Shown here piece by piece: positions 1 through 10,401 of a stretch of 64,000 nt of DNA (position 1 is its first letter; each line of letters begins with the position of its first letter). The notes beneath the pieces were generated by a model that made no database searches, was not told where the DNA came from, and worked only from the letters and a program-made list of their open reading frames with translations. The translations under genes and the position numbers were made by a program. The stretch comes from an uncultured delta proteobacterium (GTDB lineage Bacteria > Desulfobacterota > Desulfobacteria > Desulfobacterales > QNYZ01): assembly GCA_963845145.1 (NCBI GenBank), contig CAWJQU010000005.1, forward strand, positions 416,001-480,000, given 5' to 3'.

Positions 1-2
1 CC

Positions 3-335
3 TACATTGGTTGCATCATGCTTGGCGGGATCGTCGTGAACAATGCCATTCTGCTAGTAGATCAAGCCGGACGATTGATCCGGGACAACATGCGCTCCCT
101 CGAAGCCCTGATTGAAGCCGGCCGCCGCCGACTCCGGCCGATCCTTATGACAACCTTGACAACCATCCTGGGCCTGTTGCCGCTGGCTTTGGGTGTCGGC
201 GAAGGCTCCGAGGCCCAGGCGCCGCTGGCGAGAACCGTTATCGGCGGTCTGGCGGGGTCGACATTGATCACATTGGTCCTGATCCCCGTGGTTTATTCGT
301 TGTTTCATCCCGATTCGAGGACCGATAACGAATAA
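3..335 (+). CDS. AcrB/AcrD/AcrF-family RND efflux permease, C-terminal fragment (5' end outside window)
   Basis: Frame open from window start; [45 protein letters not shown] are RND TM10-12 motifs. Confidence 0.93.
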   Translation, partial: YIGCIMLGGIVVNNAILLVDQAGRLIRDNMRSLEALIEAGRRRLRPILMTTLTTILGLLPLALGVGEGSEAQAPLARTVIGGLAGSTLITLVLIPVVYSLFHPDSRTDNE

Positions 336-579
336 AAATGGATATCTCCATCTTCCGACGGTTTGACCTGCCTGAATAGCGTTATCTCTTCTCATTTTGA
401 TAAAATAGATCAATGGATCGTCGTGAACTATTTGCTCAACCCAATGAGTGCCTGTGGAAAATGCGGATAAATTATTTTGACTTTCTAAAGATTCAATACT
501 ATTTCGATTCAAACTCATATACCATTTGAATTAATGAGCCATTTTGGCATTGGCCCAAATATAACATCTTTTATCGACC

Positions 580-987
580 ATGACCCGAAGCATCGAAATA
601 AAAATAAAAATTCCATTTCATGATCTAGACCCCATGCATGTCGTCTGGCATGGTAACTATATGAAATATTTCGATATTGCCCGGTTTGAATTGTTTAGCC
701 GCGCGGGTGTTGATTTATATGGTTTTTCAGTTAAACATAAGATCATGTTTCCTGTTACACGGACCAACACCAAACACATCTTCCCCCTAAGGCACCAAGA
801 CGAAATAATTTGCAAGGCGACCATTTCGGAAGCCCAATACAAAATCGGCATCGACTTTGATATACGAAGGGTTGAAGACGGGCAGATTTGTACCCGTGGC
901 CGGGGCGAACAGGTGGCTGTTAAGGTACCGGAAATGGAACTATTGTTTGAAATACCGAAGGAAATTCGAACCGCACTGGGATTTTAA
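580..987 (+). CDS. acyl-CoA/acyl-ACP thioesterase, 4HBT/YbgC hotdog family
   Basis: FHDLDPMHVVWHGNYMKYFDIAR motif. Confidence 0.9.
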   Translation: MTRSIEIKIKIPFHDLDPMHVVWHGNYMKYFDIARFELFSRAGVDLYGFSVKHKIMFPVTRTNTKHIFPLRHQDEIICKATISEAQYKIGIDFDIRRVEDGQICTRGRGEQVAVKVPEMELLFEIPKEIRTALGF

Positions 988-989
988 AA

Positions 990-2714
990 ATGACAGCACA
1001 AATGAGTACTGCATTTTCGGCTGGATATGAGCGGCTTTCCGCCTGGGCCGAACTTCTGGATCAAATCAATGTCTATCCGGTGGCCGATGCGGATACGGGC
1101 CGCAATCTGATGATCAGCCTGGCACCGTTGCGCGATATGAAGGGTGACGACAAAACGACCCCCCATCGACTACTCATGTCCGCCACCGGCAACTCCGGTA
1201 ATATCGCCAACTGTTTTTTTTCCGAATTTATTGCCAATAATCCCGCCGAGAACATCCCTCAAGCAGCCAAAGCGGGAAGAGACCGGGCCTGGCAGGCCAT
1301 TCTCGACCCTCAACCCGGCACCATGCTGACCGTCCTGGATTCCCTGACGGAACAACTTGAGAATACGCTTGTAAAAAACCTTACGGATATTTTTCCGACG
1401 CTGATCGAAACCTTACAAGCCAGTGTGCATGCCACGGCACAAGGTCTTCCCGTGCTTCAGGCGGCCGGTGTGGTGGATTCCGGTGCCTTGGGGATCTATA
1501 TCTTTATGGAGGGATTTTTTGCCCAACTGACCAATCGGCAGGGCGGACTACGCCCCATCACCGAGACATTTGATGGAAAGTTATCCATATCCACCACTTT
1601 TCAGGCCAATGCCGAGGCCGGCTTTTGTGTGGATACGGTCATTAAAACCGATGCAGGACAAAATCCGGCCTTGGATGTGTTGTCCCAAGTCGGGGAAAGC
1701 ATCGTCGTGACCCGTGATGATGCGGCACTTAAAATTCACTTGCACACCCGCAGTCGGGCGGAGGCACGAAAGGCCCTGGAGACATTGGGTGATGTCGTTC
1801 AATGGTCGGATGAAATGCTCGAATCCACGCATAGCGCGGAAAAGCATCTATCCACCGAGCCGCTAGTCCGCATCGTGACCGATGCCGCCGGCTCGGTCAC
1901 GCGCAAACAGGCCCAGGAGCTCGGCATCACCCTGTTGGATAGTTATATCGTTGAAGAGAACCAAAGCCTGCCGGAAACCCTCGTTTCGCCGGAGGCACTA
2001 TATCGTTCCATGCAAAAGGGCATCCGCATCACGACGGCCCAGGCGTCTGTGTTTGAACGCCAGCAACGCTACCAAAGCATCATCAGTCGATTTCGATATG
2101 CCCTCTATCTATGCGTTGGCTCCGTTTACACGGGCAATTACGATGCGGCCATGGCCTGGCGGGAGAAAAACGACCCGGAAAGCCGTTTGGAAGTGATGGA
2201 TACCGGCGCTGCGTCAGGCCGATTGGGAATTATTGCCCGGGCTGTGGCCGAATATGCCAATCAGGGCCATACAGTAGCCCAGGTTATTAATTTTGCTAAA
2301 TCGGCTGAAGAACAGAGTGAAGAATACCTCTTTTTGGATCGTTTGAAATATCTGGCCGCCGGTGGCCGCATATCCAAAAGCAAGGGTTTTATGGGCGACC
2401 TTTTGCATATGAAGCCGATCATCAGCCCCACCCGGGACGGCGCCGCCAAGGCGGGAACCGTTCGAAACCGGGAACAACAGGTCGATTTTGCCATGGATAA
2501 AATCAAGGCCCTCTCCCAGCGGGCGGACTGTTTTTCTATTTTGTTGGAATATTCCGATAACCGGCAGTGGGTTGAAGAGACGGTATTGAAAAAAATAGAG
2601 GAGCGCTATCCCGCAGCCCGGATAATGATAACGCCGTTGTCGCTGACTTCCGGGGTGCATATGGGGCCGGGTACCTGGGGCGTGGCCCTGTTGCCTTCGA
2701 TTCAAACCGAATGA
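990..2714 (+). CDS. DAK2 (FakA-like) domain fused to DegV (FakB-like) fatty-acid-binding domain
   Basis: N-half INVYPVADADTGRNL, ATGNSGNI, PGTMLTV, GVVDSGALG, KIHLHT; C-half IVTDAAGS, LKYLAAGGRISK, KPII, GVHMGPG. Confidence 0.88.
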   Translation: MTAQMSTAFSAGYERLSAWAELLDQINVYPVADADTGRNLMISLAPLRDMKGDDKTTPHRLLMSATGNSGNIANCFFSEFIANNPAENIPQAAKAGRDRAWQAILDPQPGTMLTVLDSLTEQLENTLVKNLTDIFPTLIETLQASVHATAQGLPVLQAAGVVDSGALGIYIFMEGFFAQLTNRQGGLRPITETFDGKLSISTTFQANAEAGFCVDTVIKTDAGQNPALDVLSQVGESIVVTRDDAALKIHLHTRSRAEARKALETLGDVVQWSDEMLESTHSAEKHLSTEPLVRIVTDAAGSVTRKQAQELGITLLDSYIVEENQSLPETLVSPEALYRSMQKGIRITTAQASVFERQQRYQSIISRFRYALYLCVGSVYTGNYDAAMAWREKNDPESRLEVMDTGAASGRLGIIARAVAEYANQGHTVAQVINFAKSAEEQSEEYLFLDRLKYLAAGGRISKSKGFMGDLLHMKPIISPTRDGAAKAGTVRNREQQVDFAMDKIKALSQRADCFSILLEYSDNRQWVEETVLKKIEERYPAARIMITPLSLTSGVHMGPGTWGVALLPSIQTE

Positions 2715-3454
2715 CACACATTCCGCCCAATGATGACACATCCGGCCGCTTTGCCGTTATCATTCCAGTCTACAATCACGAATTGACCGTCGCCACCGTG
2801 GTCCGAAAAGCACAGGCGCTCGGATTTCCGGTCTGGGTGGTGGATGACGGCTCAACCGATTCAACGTACAATCAAGTGAAAACCATCGAAGGGGTGCGCA
2901 TTTTGCACCATGACGTTAACCGGGGTAAAGGGGCCGCGCTCGCGACCGGTATGTTGGCCGCATCAAAAACGGCAGACTGGGCCATCACCCTTGATGCCGA
3001 TGGGCAGCATCGACCCGGTGATGCAAAGAACCTGATTGATGCCATACAAAACGGCCAAAGACCGATAGTCATCGGCTGCCGGCAAGGAATGCAACAGGCC
3101 CGAGCCCCCTGGACGAGCCGGTTCGGACGTAAATTTTCAAACTTCTGGGTCATGGCCTCGGGCGGGCCCGACGTTGCCGATTCCCAAAGCGGATTTCGAA
3201 TCTATCCACTACCCGAAAGTCTTGATCTGAAGGTTAAATCCGGACGGTTTCAGTTTGAGATCGAAATCCTGGTTAAAGCTTTTTGGCGAGGATGGGCGGT
3301 GGCGGAAGCACCGGTCAGCGTTTCTTACCATCCGGGGACGCCACGTATTTCCCATTTTCACCCCTGGCTCGACTTTTTTCGAAATTCCGGCCTTTTCACC
3401 CGGCTTATATTCTATCGCATCTTTATGCTATGGCATCGCAACAACCCAAAATAA
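2711..3454 (+). CDS. GT2 glycosyltransferase (aryl-polyene/flexirubin cluster type)
   Basis: IIPVYNH, VVDDGSTD, NRGKGAAL, TLDADGQH, DSQSGFRIYP; ATGA overlap with upstream gene. Confidence 0.92.
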   Translation: MTHIPPNDDTSGRFAVIIPVYNHELTVATVVRKAQALGFPVWVVDDGSTDSTYNQVKTIEGVRILHHDVNRGKGAALATGMLAASKTADWAITLDADGQHRPGDAKNLIDAIQNGQRPIVIGCRQGMQQARAPWTSRFGRKFSNFWVMASGGPDVADSQSGFRIYPLPESLDLKVKSGRFQFEIEILVKAFWRGWAVAEAPVSVSYHPGTPRISHFHPWLDFFRNSGLFTRLIFYRIFMLWHRNNPK

Positions 3455-3464
3455 CCGGGAATTC

Positions 3465-4343
3465 ATGAAACGCGGTTTTTATTTCTTACTCATACGGATC
3501 ACACGGTTGTGCGGTGCCTGGGTATTTCATTTGATCGCCGGGGGCGTCGCCGCCGGTTATTTTCTTTTTAGGCCACATCAGACCGCGATAAGCATTCGGT
3601 TTTATCGTGCCCTCTACCCTGAAAAAAAAAGCCGCTTCCACATTGGGTGCGCCTGGCGGCAATATCTAAATTTTACAACGGTTTATCTGGATCGGTTCGT
3701 TTTAGAAGCACGAGATGATGTCGAAACCACCCATGAAGGCTGGGAACACATCGAAGCCTGTCTGGCCCGCCGAACCGGTGCGATTATCCTCATGTCCCAT
3801 TTGGGCAACTGGGAATTGGCGGCCCATTTGATGAAACGAAAGGAAAAACGCATTCGACTGCTTTTGTACATGGGGCGACGCGCAAAGGAACAAATCGAAT
3901 CGATTCAAAAAACAGATTTGAGCACCCGGGGCGTCCGCATTATCGCCGTGGATGAAGACCAGGGCTCCCCTTTTGATATTCTCGAAGGGGTCCGCTTTTT
4001 GCAAACTGGTGGTATCGTCTCCATGACGGGGGATCGTTTGTGGCACCCGGACCAGCGGTTTGTTGAGGCGGCATTTTTAAATCATACCATTCGCCTACCG
4101 GAAACGCCCCATGTGATGGCCATGTTATCGGGCGCCCCGCTACTGATATTTTTCTCATTTCGTATAGGCAAAAACCGCTATCACTTAAGCTTGAGCGAAC
4201 CGTTAAAGATCGAACATACGCCGCGTCGACAACGGGCGGCCGTTATTGAGCAAAGCGCTCAGCGTTATGCCGATCTTCTGGAACAAGCCTTGCGAAAAAA
4301 TCCGCACCAATGGTATCACTTCGAGCCATTTCTTGAAAAATGA
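3465..4343 (+). CDS. LpxL/lipid A lauroyl-type acyltransferase
   Basis: SHLGNWE (HX4E), MTGDR, PHQWYHF; start moved to ATG 3465 after the GT2 stop. Confidence 0.85.
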   Translation: MKRGFYFLLIRITRLCGAWVFHLIAGGVAAGYFLFRPHQTAISIRFYRALYPEKKSRFHIGCAWRQYLNFTTVYLDRFVLEARDDVETTHEGWEHIEACLARRTGAIILMSHLGNWELAAHLMKRKEKRIRLLLYMGRRAKEQIESIQKTDLSTRGVRIIAVDEDQGSPFDILEGVRFLQTGGIVSMTGDRLWHPDQRFVEAAFLNHTIRLPETPHVMAMLSGAPLLIFFSFRIGKNRYHLSLSEPLKIEHTPRRQRAAVIEQSAQRYADLLEQALRKNPHQWYHFEPFLEK

Positions 4344-4457
4344 GCGACCCTATTCTACCGGTGGTCGTTTTGCTTTGAAATAATAACCCATTTAATGTAA
4401 AAGAAATATTTCTGATATTAAAATATCTTCTGATTTTAAACATGAGCGCATGGATTT

Positions 4458-4733
4458 ATGACCAAAGACGAAATTATAATCGCCCTTAACCGTATTTTTT
4501 TAGAACGATTTGAAATTGAAAATCCGGGTTTGGATGAAAATTTACGAGAAACTTATGAGTTCGACAGTATTGATGCCATCGAACTGCTGCAAGAGATCGA
4601 GGTGCTACTGGACCGCACCCTGGAACGTGACGAGAAAAAAATGGCCATGGAAATCCGCACTCTTGGCCAAGTTGTTGATTACATTTATGATCTATTCGGA
4701 TCGCAAAGCTCAAACGAATCCCAAGCCACCTGA
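4458..4733 (+). CDS. acyl carrier protein
   Basis: 91 aa acidic, FDSIDAIEL phosphopantetheine motif. Confidence 0.9.
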   Translation: MTKDEIIIALNRIFLERFEIENPGLDENLRETYEFDSIDAIELLQEIEVLLDRTLERDEKKMAMEIRTLGQVVDYIYDLFGSQSSNESQAT

Positions 4734-4751
4734 TATTACCCGTTATTTAAT

Positions 4752-5987
4752 ATGACACGAAGAGTCGTCATTACCGCCGGCAGCGCCATTACACCCATCG
4801 GTCGAACCCGTCGGGAGATCATCGATCACCTGGTCAATGGTAAATCCGGGGTCAAACCGCTGCGCGATGACGGCCTTTTGTCCCAGCGTGTTCACTCCGG
4901 TGTGTTCGGAACCGTAGACTATCCTATTGAATACGACTTTAAGCGCAGCCATCGCAAAACCATGGGGCCGGTCAGCTATTATGCCTGCCAGGTGGCCAAG
5001 GAAACCCTGGAACAATCGGGATTGGACGAAGCCTTCATCACTTCCGGTCGCCTGGGGGTTGCTTTCGGCTCCACCCATGGCAGCCCCACGGTTCAACGAC
5101 ATATCTTCAAAACCTTTTTCAATCCGGATAAGTCGATCTACAACAGCATCGGCGCGGTGGATTATTTAAAATCCATGGTCCACACCACCGCGGTTAATAT
5201 TACCCGAATGTTCGGAATCACCGGCCGCATTATTTCGTCGTCCACCGCTTGTACCACAAGCAGCCAGTCCATCGGGTTCGGCTACGAAACGGTTAAATTC
5301 GGCATCCAGGATGCCATGCTCTGCGGCGGTGCCGACGAGTACGATACAACCACGGTGGCGGTTTTCGATAACCTGTTGGCCTGCTCTTCGGATTTCAACG
5401 ATACACCCCATCGAACGCCACGCCCCTTCGACAAACGCCGAGACGGCCTGGTGGTGGGCGAAGGCGCAGGTGCAGTGATGCTGGAAGCCTACGATTTTGC
5501 GCGAAAAAGAGGCGCGAATATTATCGGTGAGGTCATTGGATTTTCCTGCAACAACAATGGCGGTGATCTGATTTTACCCAAGCTCGACGGCATCGCCGAG
5601 ACCATCCGCCTGGCGCTTAAAGACGCCGACATCAGTCCGGACAACGTGGACTTTGTCAGCGCCCATGCTACAGCCACCAAAATGGGCGATGTTATTGAGG
5701 CCCAGGCCATCGACCGCGCCTATGGACGCGGACCGGCGGTGACCGGCTTGAAAAGCTACATGGGCCACACCATGGGCTCTTGCGGCGTCATCGAATCTAT
5801 CATCACCCTATATTTGATGGCTGAAGGTTTCATCCCGGCCACCTTGAATCTGGAAGAGATCGATAAGCGCTGCGCCATGATTCGGCATATGACAGCCTTA
5901 GAAGAACATCCACTTAAGATAGGGGTCATTCAAAACTTTGCTTTCGGTGGCGTCAATACCTGCCTGGTTCTGAAAAAATTTTCCTAA
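4752..5987 (+). CDS. beta-ketoacyl-ACP synthase (FabF/FabB-type), catalytic triad intact
   Basis: TACTTS, AHATAT, GHTMG, RPFDKRRDGLVVGEG, NFAFGG. Confidence 0.93.
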   Translation: MTRRVVITAGSAITPIGRTRREIIDHLVNGKSGVKPLRDDGLLSQRVHSGVFGTVDYPIEYDFKRSHRKTMGPVSYYACQVAKETLEQSGLDEAFITSGRLGVAFGSTHGSPTVQRHIFKTFFNPDKSIYNSIGAVDYLKSMVHTTAVNITRMFGITGRIISSSTACTTSSQSIGFGYETVKFGIQDAMLCGGADEYDTTTVAVFDNLLACSSDFNDTPHRTPRPFDKRRDGLVVGEGAGAVMLEAYDFARKRGANIIGEVIGFSCNNNGGDLILPKLDGIAETIRLALKDADISPDNVDFVSAHATATKMGDVIEAQAIDRAYGRGPAVTGLKSYMGHTMGSCGVIESIITLYLMAEGFIPATLNLEEIDKRCAMIRHMTALEEHPLKIGVIQNFAFGGVNTCLVLKKFS

Positions 5988-6009
5988 TGCGCCTCTTTGA
6001 CAAACCCCT

Positions 6010-6813
6010 ATGAAACCCATGACGAAGAAACCGCCCACCCAACCTTTGCGGGTCGTCTGGGATGTGGTCGTGACCTTGGTCTTATGGACCTATTTTACGT
6101 TGGGGTTCATCATTTTTTTTGCCCCTTTTTATGCCATTGCCGCTTTTTTTAAAAACCGGCGGGAATTGGCCTATCAGCGACTCAACCATCTATTTTTCAG
6201 AGGTTTCATCTTCCTGGTGCGCACCCTCCTTCCCGGCCACCGCTGGCGTATCGACGAAACAGCCAAAAATATACGCTCCTCGGTCGTCGTGTGCAATCAT
6301 CGCTCATACCTGGACCCGTTGATCCTCATTTCACTTTACGGCCGACAAAAGACCATCGTTAAAAGCGATTTGTTCGCACTTCCATTGTTTGGTCGATTAA
6401 TGCAGTGGTCCGGATTTATACCGTCGCGTTCCCGGGGCCCGATGGCCGAGTTGATGCTTGAGCAGATGGAATCACTGGATGACTTTATGGTCGCCGGGGG
6501 CAACCTTTTTATTTTTCCCGAAGGCACCCGCAGTCGGGATGGTCGTATCGGCCGACTCAACCCCAGCGCCTTTAAAATTGCCCGACGTTGCGGCGCGCCC
6601 ATACGGGTGTTATTTATTAATAACACGGAAAAAACGTTTCCCCCTGAACGTTTTTGGTTTAACACCCAAGGCCCAAACACCATATCCGTACAATGGGTGG
6701 GCAGTATCGAAGCCAACGAATGGGCGCTAACCGATTCAACGGGAGCCGTCAGTGAACGGGTACAAGAAATGTTGGAAAGGCACAACCGATTGGCTTCGGC
6801 CAATCCCGAGTAA
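6010..6813 (+). CDS. lysophospholipid acyltransferase (LPLAT/PlsC family)
   Basis: NHRSYLD, FPEGTRS. Confidence 0.9.
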   Translation: MKPMTKKPPTQPLRVVWDVVVTLVLWTYFTLGFIIFFAPFYAIAAFFKNRRELAYQRLNHLFFRGFIFLVRTLLPGHRWRIDETAKNIRSSVVVCNHRSYLDPLILISLYGRQKTIVKSDLFALPLFGRLMQWSGFIPSRSRGPMAELMLEQMESLDDFMVAGGNLFIFPEGTRSRDGRIGRLNPSAFKIARRCGAPIRVLFINNTEKTFPPERFWFNTQGPNTISVQWVGSIEANEWALTDSTGAVSERVQEMLERHNRLASANPE

Positions 6814-6855
6814 CCGATTTCTTGATCATCTCTAAAATAATGCCGGGTATTAGCC

Positions 6856-8343
6856 ATGAAAATCGTATTGATGTCCATGCCCGACGTGGCGCCGGTAATC
6901 ATGCACACCAGTGCCTTTCACATGGCCAACAACGGCCTTGCTAACATCGCCGCCAACCTCGATGGTGAACATGATGTCTATATTATTGACCTGATCCGCA
7001 AAAGACGCCGGGTTGTCAACTATGTGACCCAAACGCTGCTTAAATATCGTCCGGATATGGTCGGTTTGTCATCCATGACTTGGCAATACGCCACCTGCAC
7101 GAAACTGCTCAAGCTGATAAAACGCCTGCTGCCGGATGTCAAAACGGTGATCGGCGGTTATCATGCCACACTGATGTACAAAGAGATCGCAGACTCCAAA
7201 GAGGCGGACTGGATCGATTTTATAATTCGCGGCGAAGGAGAAGTGGCCTTTAGCGCCCTGATCAATGCGGTAGGTGGGCATGGCCGATACAAGGGAATTC
7301 CCTCACTCTCCTTTAAAGATGACGCCGGGTTTTGCCACAACCCCAAAGGGGAACCACTGGATCTGGCCCAGATCAAGCTTCCCGTCCGGGATAAACGGCG
7401 CACGACCAGCGGATACCATGTCATGAACCGCAAGGTCGAGGTGATGGAGACCTCACGAGGTTGCACCCGCTCCTGTCATTTTTGCAGCATGCATCACATG
7501 TACGGGCGGATCTATCGAACCTTTCCTATCGACCGGATTCTGGCCGATATCGATACCATCTACCACCAACGCCATACCCGCCGTATATTTATAACCGATG
7601 ACAACATGGTTCTGGCGCCAAATCGAGTGATCGAGTTGTGTGAGGCCATTATCGCCCGGAAATATCGCCGCCTCCAATTCAGCGTCCAAGCGGATTGCAT
7701 CACCATCTCCAAAAATGAGACCATGGTGCGCAAAATGGCCCAAGCCGGATTTAAGCTGATATTTTTAGGAATTGAGAACGTCTCTTCCAAAAACTTGAAA
7801 ACCGCCGGTAAAGGCAATATTGTCAATGCGTCGCGGCAGGCCGTGGCAATATGCCACAAATATGGCATCATGGTCCTGGGGGGGATGATATTCGGATTTC
7901 CCGATGATGAAGAGGCGGACATTATTGCCAACTATCGATTCCTTAAGGAGATCGAAGCAGATTCCGCCTACTGCCAGATACTCACACCCTACCCAAAAAC
8001 CGATTTGCGCCGCACATTGATGGCGGAGGGCCTTGTGACCAACCCAGATAATTTTACAAAGTATAACGGCATGTGGGCCAACATTAAAACCCGTCATTTA
8101 GATGCCCAACGGCTCCAATACCTCTTTTGGCTGCATCGGCGGAAAGTGTTGGGATGGTGGGAACCGTCCAAGCAGGTCCGGGAGCAGGGGAGACTTGCGA
8201 CATCCATCTGGGTTTATGCATTACGACCGCTACTCAAATTTATCGAGGCCCGAACCCAAAAGCGATCAAGCTTGGATGGTCGCTATCAGCAGGACATGCT
8301 AAGGTTGGCTGAGATCAACCAATTTAAGGATTTGGAGGCCTAA
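6856..8343 (+). CDS. B12-binding domain radical SAM protein
   Basis: N-terminal cobalamin-binding region (PDMVGLS, IGGYHAT, IRGEGE); SRGCTRSCHFC; DDN; GIE. Confidence 0.9.
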   Translation: MKIVLMSMPDVAPVIMHTSAFHMANNGLANIAANLDGEHDVYIIDLIRKRRRVVNYVTQTLLKYRPDMVGLSSMTWQYATCTKLLKLIKRLLPDVKTVIGGYHATLMYKEIADSKEADWIDFIIRGEGEVAFSALINAVGGHGRYKGIPSLSFKDDAGFCHNPKGEPLDLAQIKLPVRDKRRTTSGYHVMNRKVEVMETSRGCTRSCHFCSMHHMYGRIYRTFPIDRILADIDTIYHQRHTRRIFITDDNMVLAPNRVIELCEAIIARKYRRLQFSVQADCITISKNETMVRKMAQAGFKLIFLGIENVSSKNLKTAGKGNIVNASRQAVAICHKYGIMVLGGMIFGFPDDEEADIIANYRFLKEIEADSAYCQILTPYPKTDLRRTLMAEGLVTNPDNFTKYNGMWANIKTRHLDAQRLQYLFWLHRRKVLGWWEPSKQVREQGRLATSIWVYALRPLLKFIEARTQKRSSLDGRYQQDMLRLAEINQFKDLEA

Positions 8344-8395
8344 GGCCAGTCTTGGGAACAGTTTTGGAAACAAGCTTGAAAAACGATATTTCGAA

Positions 8396-9541
8396 ATGGT
8401 CATGAAAAAAGTCTATATCGCCAAAACCGCTATCGCCACTGGATTGGGAGACACCCTGGAGGACAATTGGCGCCGGCTGAACCAGGGTCAAAGCGCCATC
8501 GACATCATTTTGCATTTCAATACCGACCGGCTGCCCTATCACTATGGGGCGTGCCGGCCGGATCTACGGCAAACGAACGATGTCAATTTTACCTGCGCTT
8601 TGATGCAACGTGTCTTGGACCGCATTAAACCGATCTCAACAAACACAGACATTATCTGGACGGGCATCAAAGGCAATGCCCAAGCTATTGAGCATGGAAA
8701 GAAAAATGCCCATTACTACCTGCCGACCCACTACCGGCAATGGGTGGCGGACACTATGGGTATAACCGGACAGGGGATGGAGATCAATGCGGCCTGCGCG
8801 GCCGCCACGGTCGGCCTGGCCATTGGAGCTCAAAAAATTGCCCTGGGGAACGTGGATCAAGTTCTGGTTTGTGGTGCGGACTTGGTGAGCCGATTTGTCC
8901 ATACGGGATTTTCTGCATTAAAGGCCCTGACGAAGACCGCTTGTCGGCCATTTGATCGCCAGCGTGACGGGATGTGCCTGGGGGATGGGGCTTTTGCTAT
9001 ACTGCTTACCAGTGAAAAAACCTTCAAAAAAGAGACTCGGGCACCCCACGTGCGATTGGCCGGATGGGGTATCTCCAACGATGCCGTCCATATCACCGGC
9101 CCGGCCCGAGACGGTCGTGGATTGACCTCAGCCGTTCGGGCTGCCCTGGACATGGCTGCCACACCTCCCGACGAGGTTGAGGCCTTTTGCGTTCACGGCA
9201 CCGGAACCGTATTTAATGACGCCATGGAACTGGCGGCGATCAAAACCCTATTCGGCGACCGCCGCTTTCCGGCTTTCTCCATCAAGGGGGCCATCGGACA
9301 CACTTTGGGCGCGGCGGGTGGAATCGAAACGGCCCTCTGCTGCCAGGCATTAGCAAATCAGTGCGTACCGCCCACAATCGGCTTGAAAGATCCTGAAGAG
9401 AGGGCGATGGGTCTCGTAGCAAACACCGCTCAACCGTTTGGGGGCCAAAACATTTTGACCACCAATTCCGGTTTTGGCGGAGTGAACGGTGCTCTTATGC
9501 TTCAGATGGACGTTCAAAGGGATAAGCGAGAAATCAAATAA
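8396..9541 (+). CDS. beta-ketoacyl synthase, catalytic triad intact
   Basis: AACAAA, VHGTGT, GHTLG, NSGFGG. Confidence 0.9.
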   Translation: MVMKKVYIAKTAIATGLGDTLEDNWRRLNQGQSAIDIILHFNTDRLPYHYGACRPDLRQTNDVNFTCALMQRVLDRIKPISTNTDIIWTGIKGNAQAIEHGKKNAHYYLPTHYRQWVADTMGITGQGMEINAACAAATVGLAIGAQKIALGNVDQVLVCGADLVSRFVHTGFSALKALTKTACRPFDRQRDGMCLGDGAFAILLTSEKTFKKETRAPHVRLAGWGISNDAVHITGPARDGRGLTSAVRAALDMAATPPDEVEAFCVHGTGTVFNDAMELAAIKTLFGDRRFPAFSIKGAIGHTLGAAGGIETALCCQALANQCVPPTIGLKDPEERAMGLVANTAQPFGGQNILTTNSGFGGVNGALMLQMDVQRDKREIK

Positions 9542-9550
9542 CAGGACAAC

Positions 9551-10243
9551 ATGTTAATTAATAATATCGGTGGCGGTTGGGTCACAGCAGAAAATTACGG
9601 TCAGATGAGAAACGGTACCCGGCCGGTGCTTCATCCCGGTACGCCTAAGCTGCCTCCAGCCCAAGATCTGTTTTCTCCCCTCCCCGCCCGGTTCCGTCGC
9701 TTTGACCTTTTTACCCAGCTGGGATTAAGCGCCATCGCCTTGGCGTTAAAGGATGCGGGCATCGCCGAAAGTGAACATTCGCGCTCCATCGGCATTGTGA
9801 TCTCCAGCGTTTACGAATGCTTCGAAGTCGACCTGGCCTATTACCAGACCACGCTAGACGAAGATGGCCTGTTTGCCAGCCCCAACCTGTTTTCCTACAC
9901 GTTGCCGGGCATCGTCACCGGTGAGGCTGCGATTTATTTCAAATTAACCGGTCCGACATTTACGATGGGTGATGACACTACCTCCCGAGGGATGCCAGCC
10001 CTTTTGGCCGGTGTGGATATGATTCGATCCGGTATGTGTAAAACCGTGATATGCGGTTGGTTGGATAGTCCGGGTGAAATGCTTGAAACCAAGCTCAAAG
10101 ATGTCGACCCAGTTTGTGGGGCCGTATTTGTCGTCTTGTCCGCCGAATATCAACAGCGTGTGCTGGCACAACTTCGAATCGAGAATTCAGCCCTTCTCAC
10201 TGCATCCGGAGCCAAACTTGAATCAATCCAGGACCTTTGCTGA
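9551..10243 (+). CDS. KS N-terminal-like, chain-length-factor-type subunit (no catalytic Cys)
   Basis: RFRRFDLFTQLG, ASPNLFSYTLP, LTGPTFTM; short, follows KS. Confidence 0.75.
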   Translation: MLINNIGGGWVTAENYGQMRNGTRPVLHPGTPKLPPAQDLFSPLPARFRRFDLFTQLGLSAIALALKDAGIAESEHSRSIGIVISSVYECFEVDLAYYQTTLDEDGLFASPNLFSYTLPGIVTGEAAIYFKLTGPTFTMGDDTTSRGMPALLAGVDMIRSGMCKTVICGWLDSPGEMLETKLKDVDPVCGAVFVVLSAEYQQRVLAQLRIENSALLTASGAKLESIQDLC

Positions 10244-10401
10244 CCCATCGGCTTATCACTAGTTCAAGGCGGGTCGACCCAGCGCCCTTTGGTCAATCGT
10301 ATGATTGTGGGGCCTGAATGGTTCGAACCTTATCTCCTTTCGAATCACTTCTTGAAATGGCTTGAACATCTACATATGTAATTGAGAGGATACAATATCA
10401 A

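Noticed and set aside
3255..3464. N-terminal extension of the acyltransferase given by the ORF track
   Set aside because: Overlaps GT2 by about 200 bp; ATG 3465 just after the GT2 stop is more plausible.
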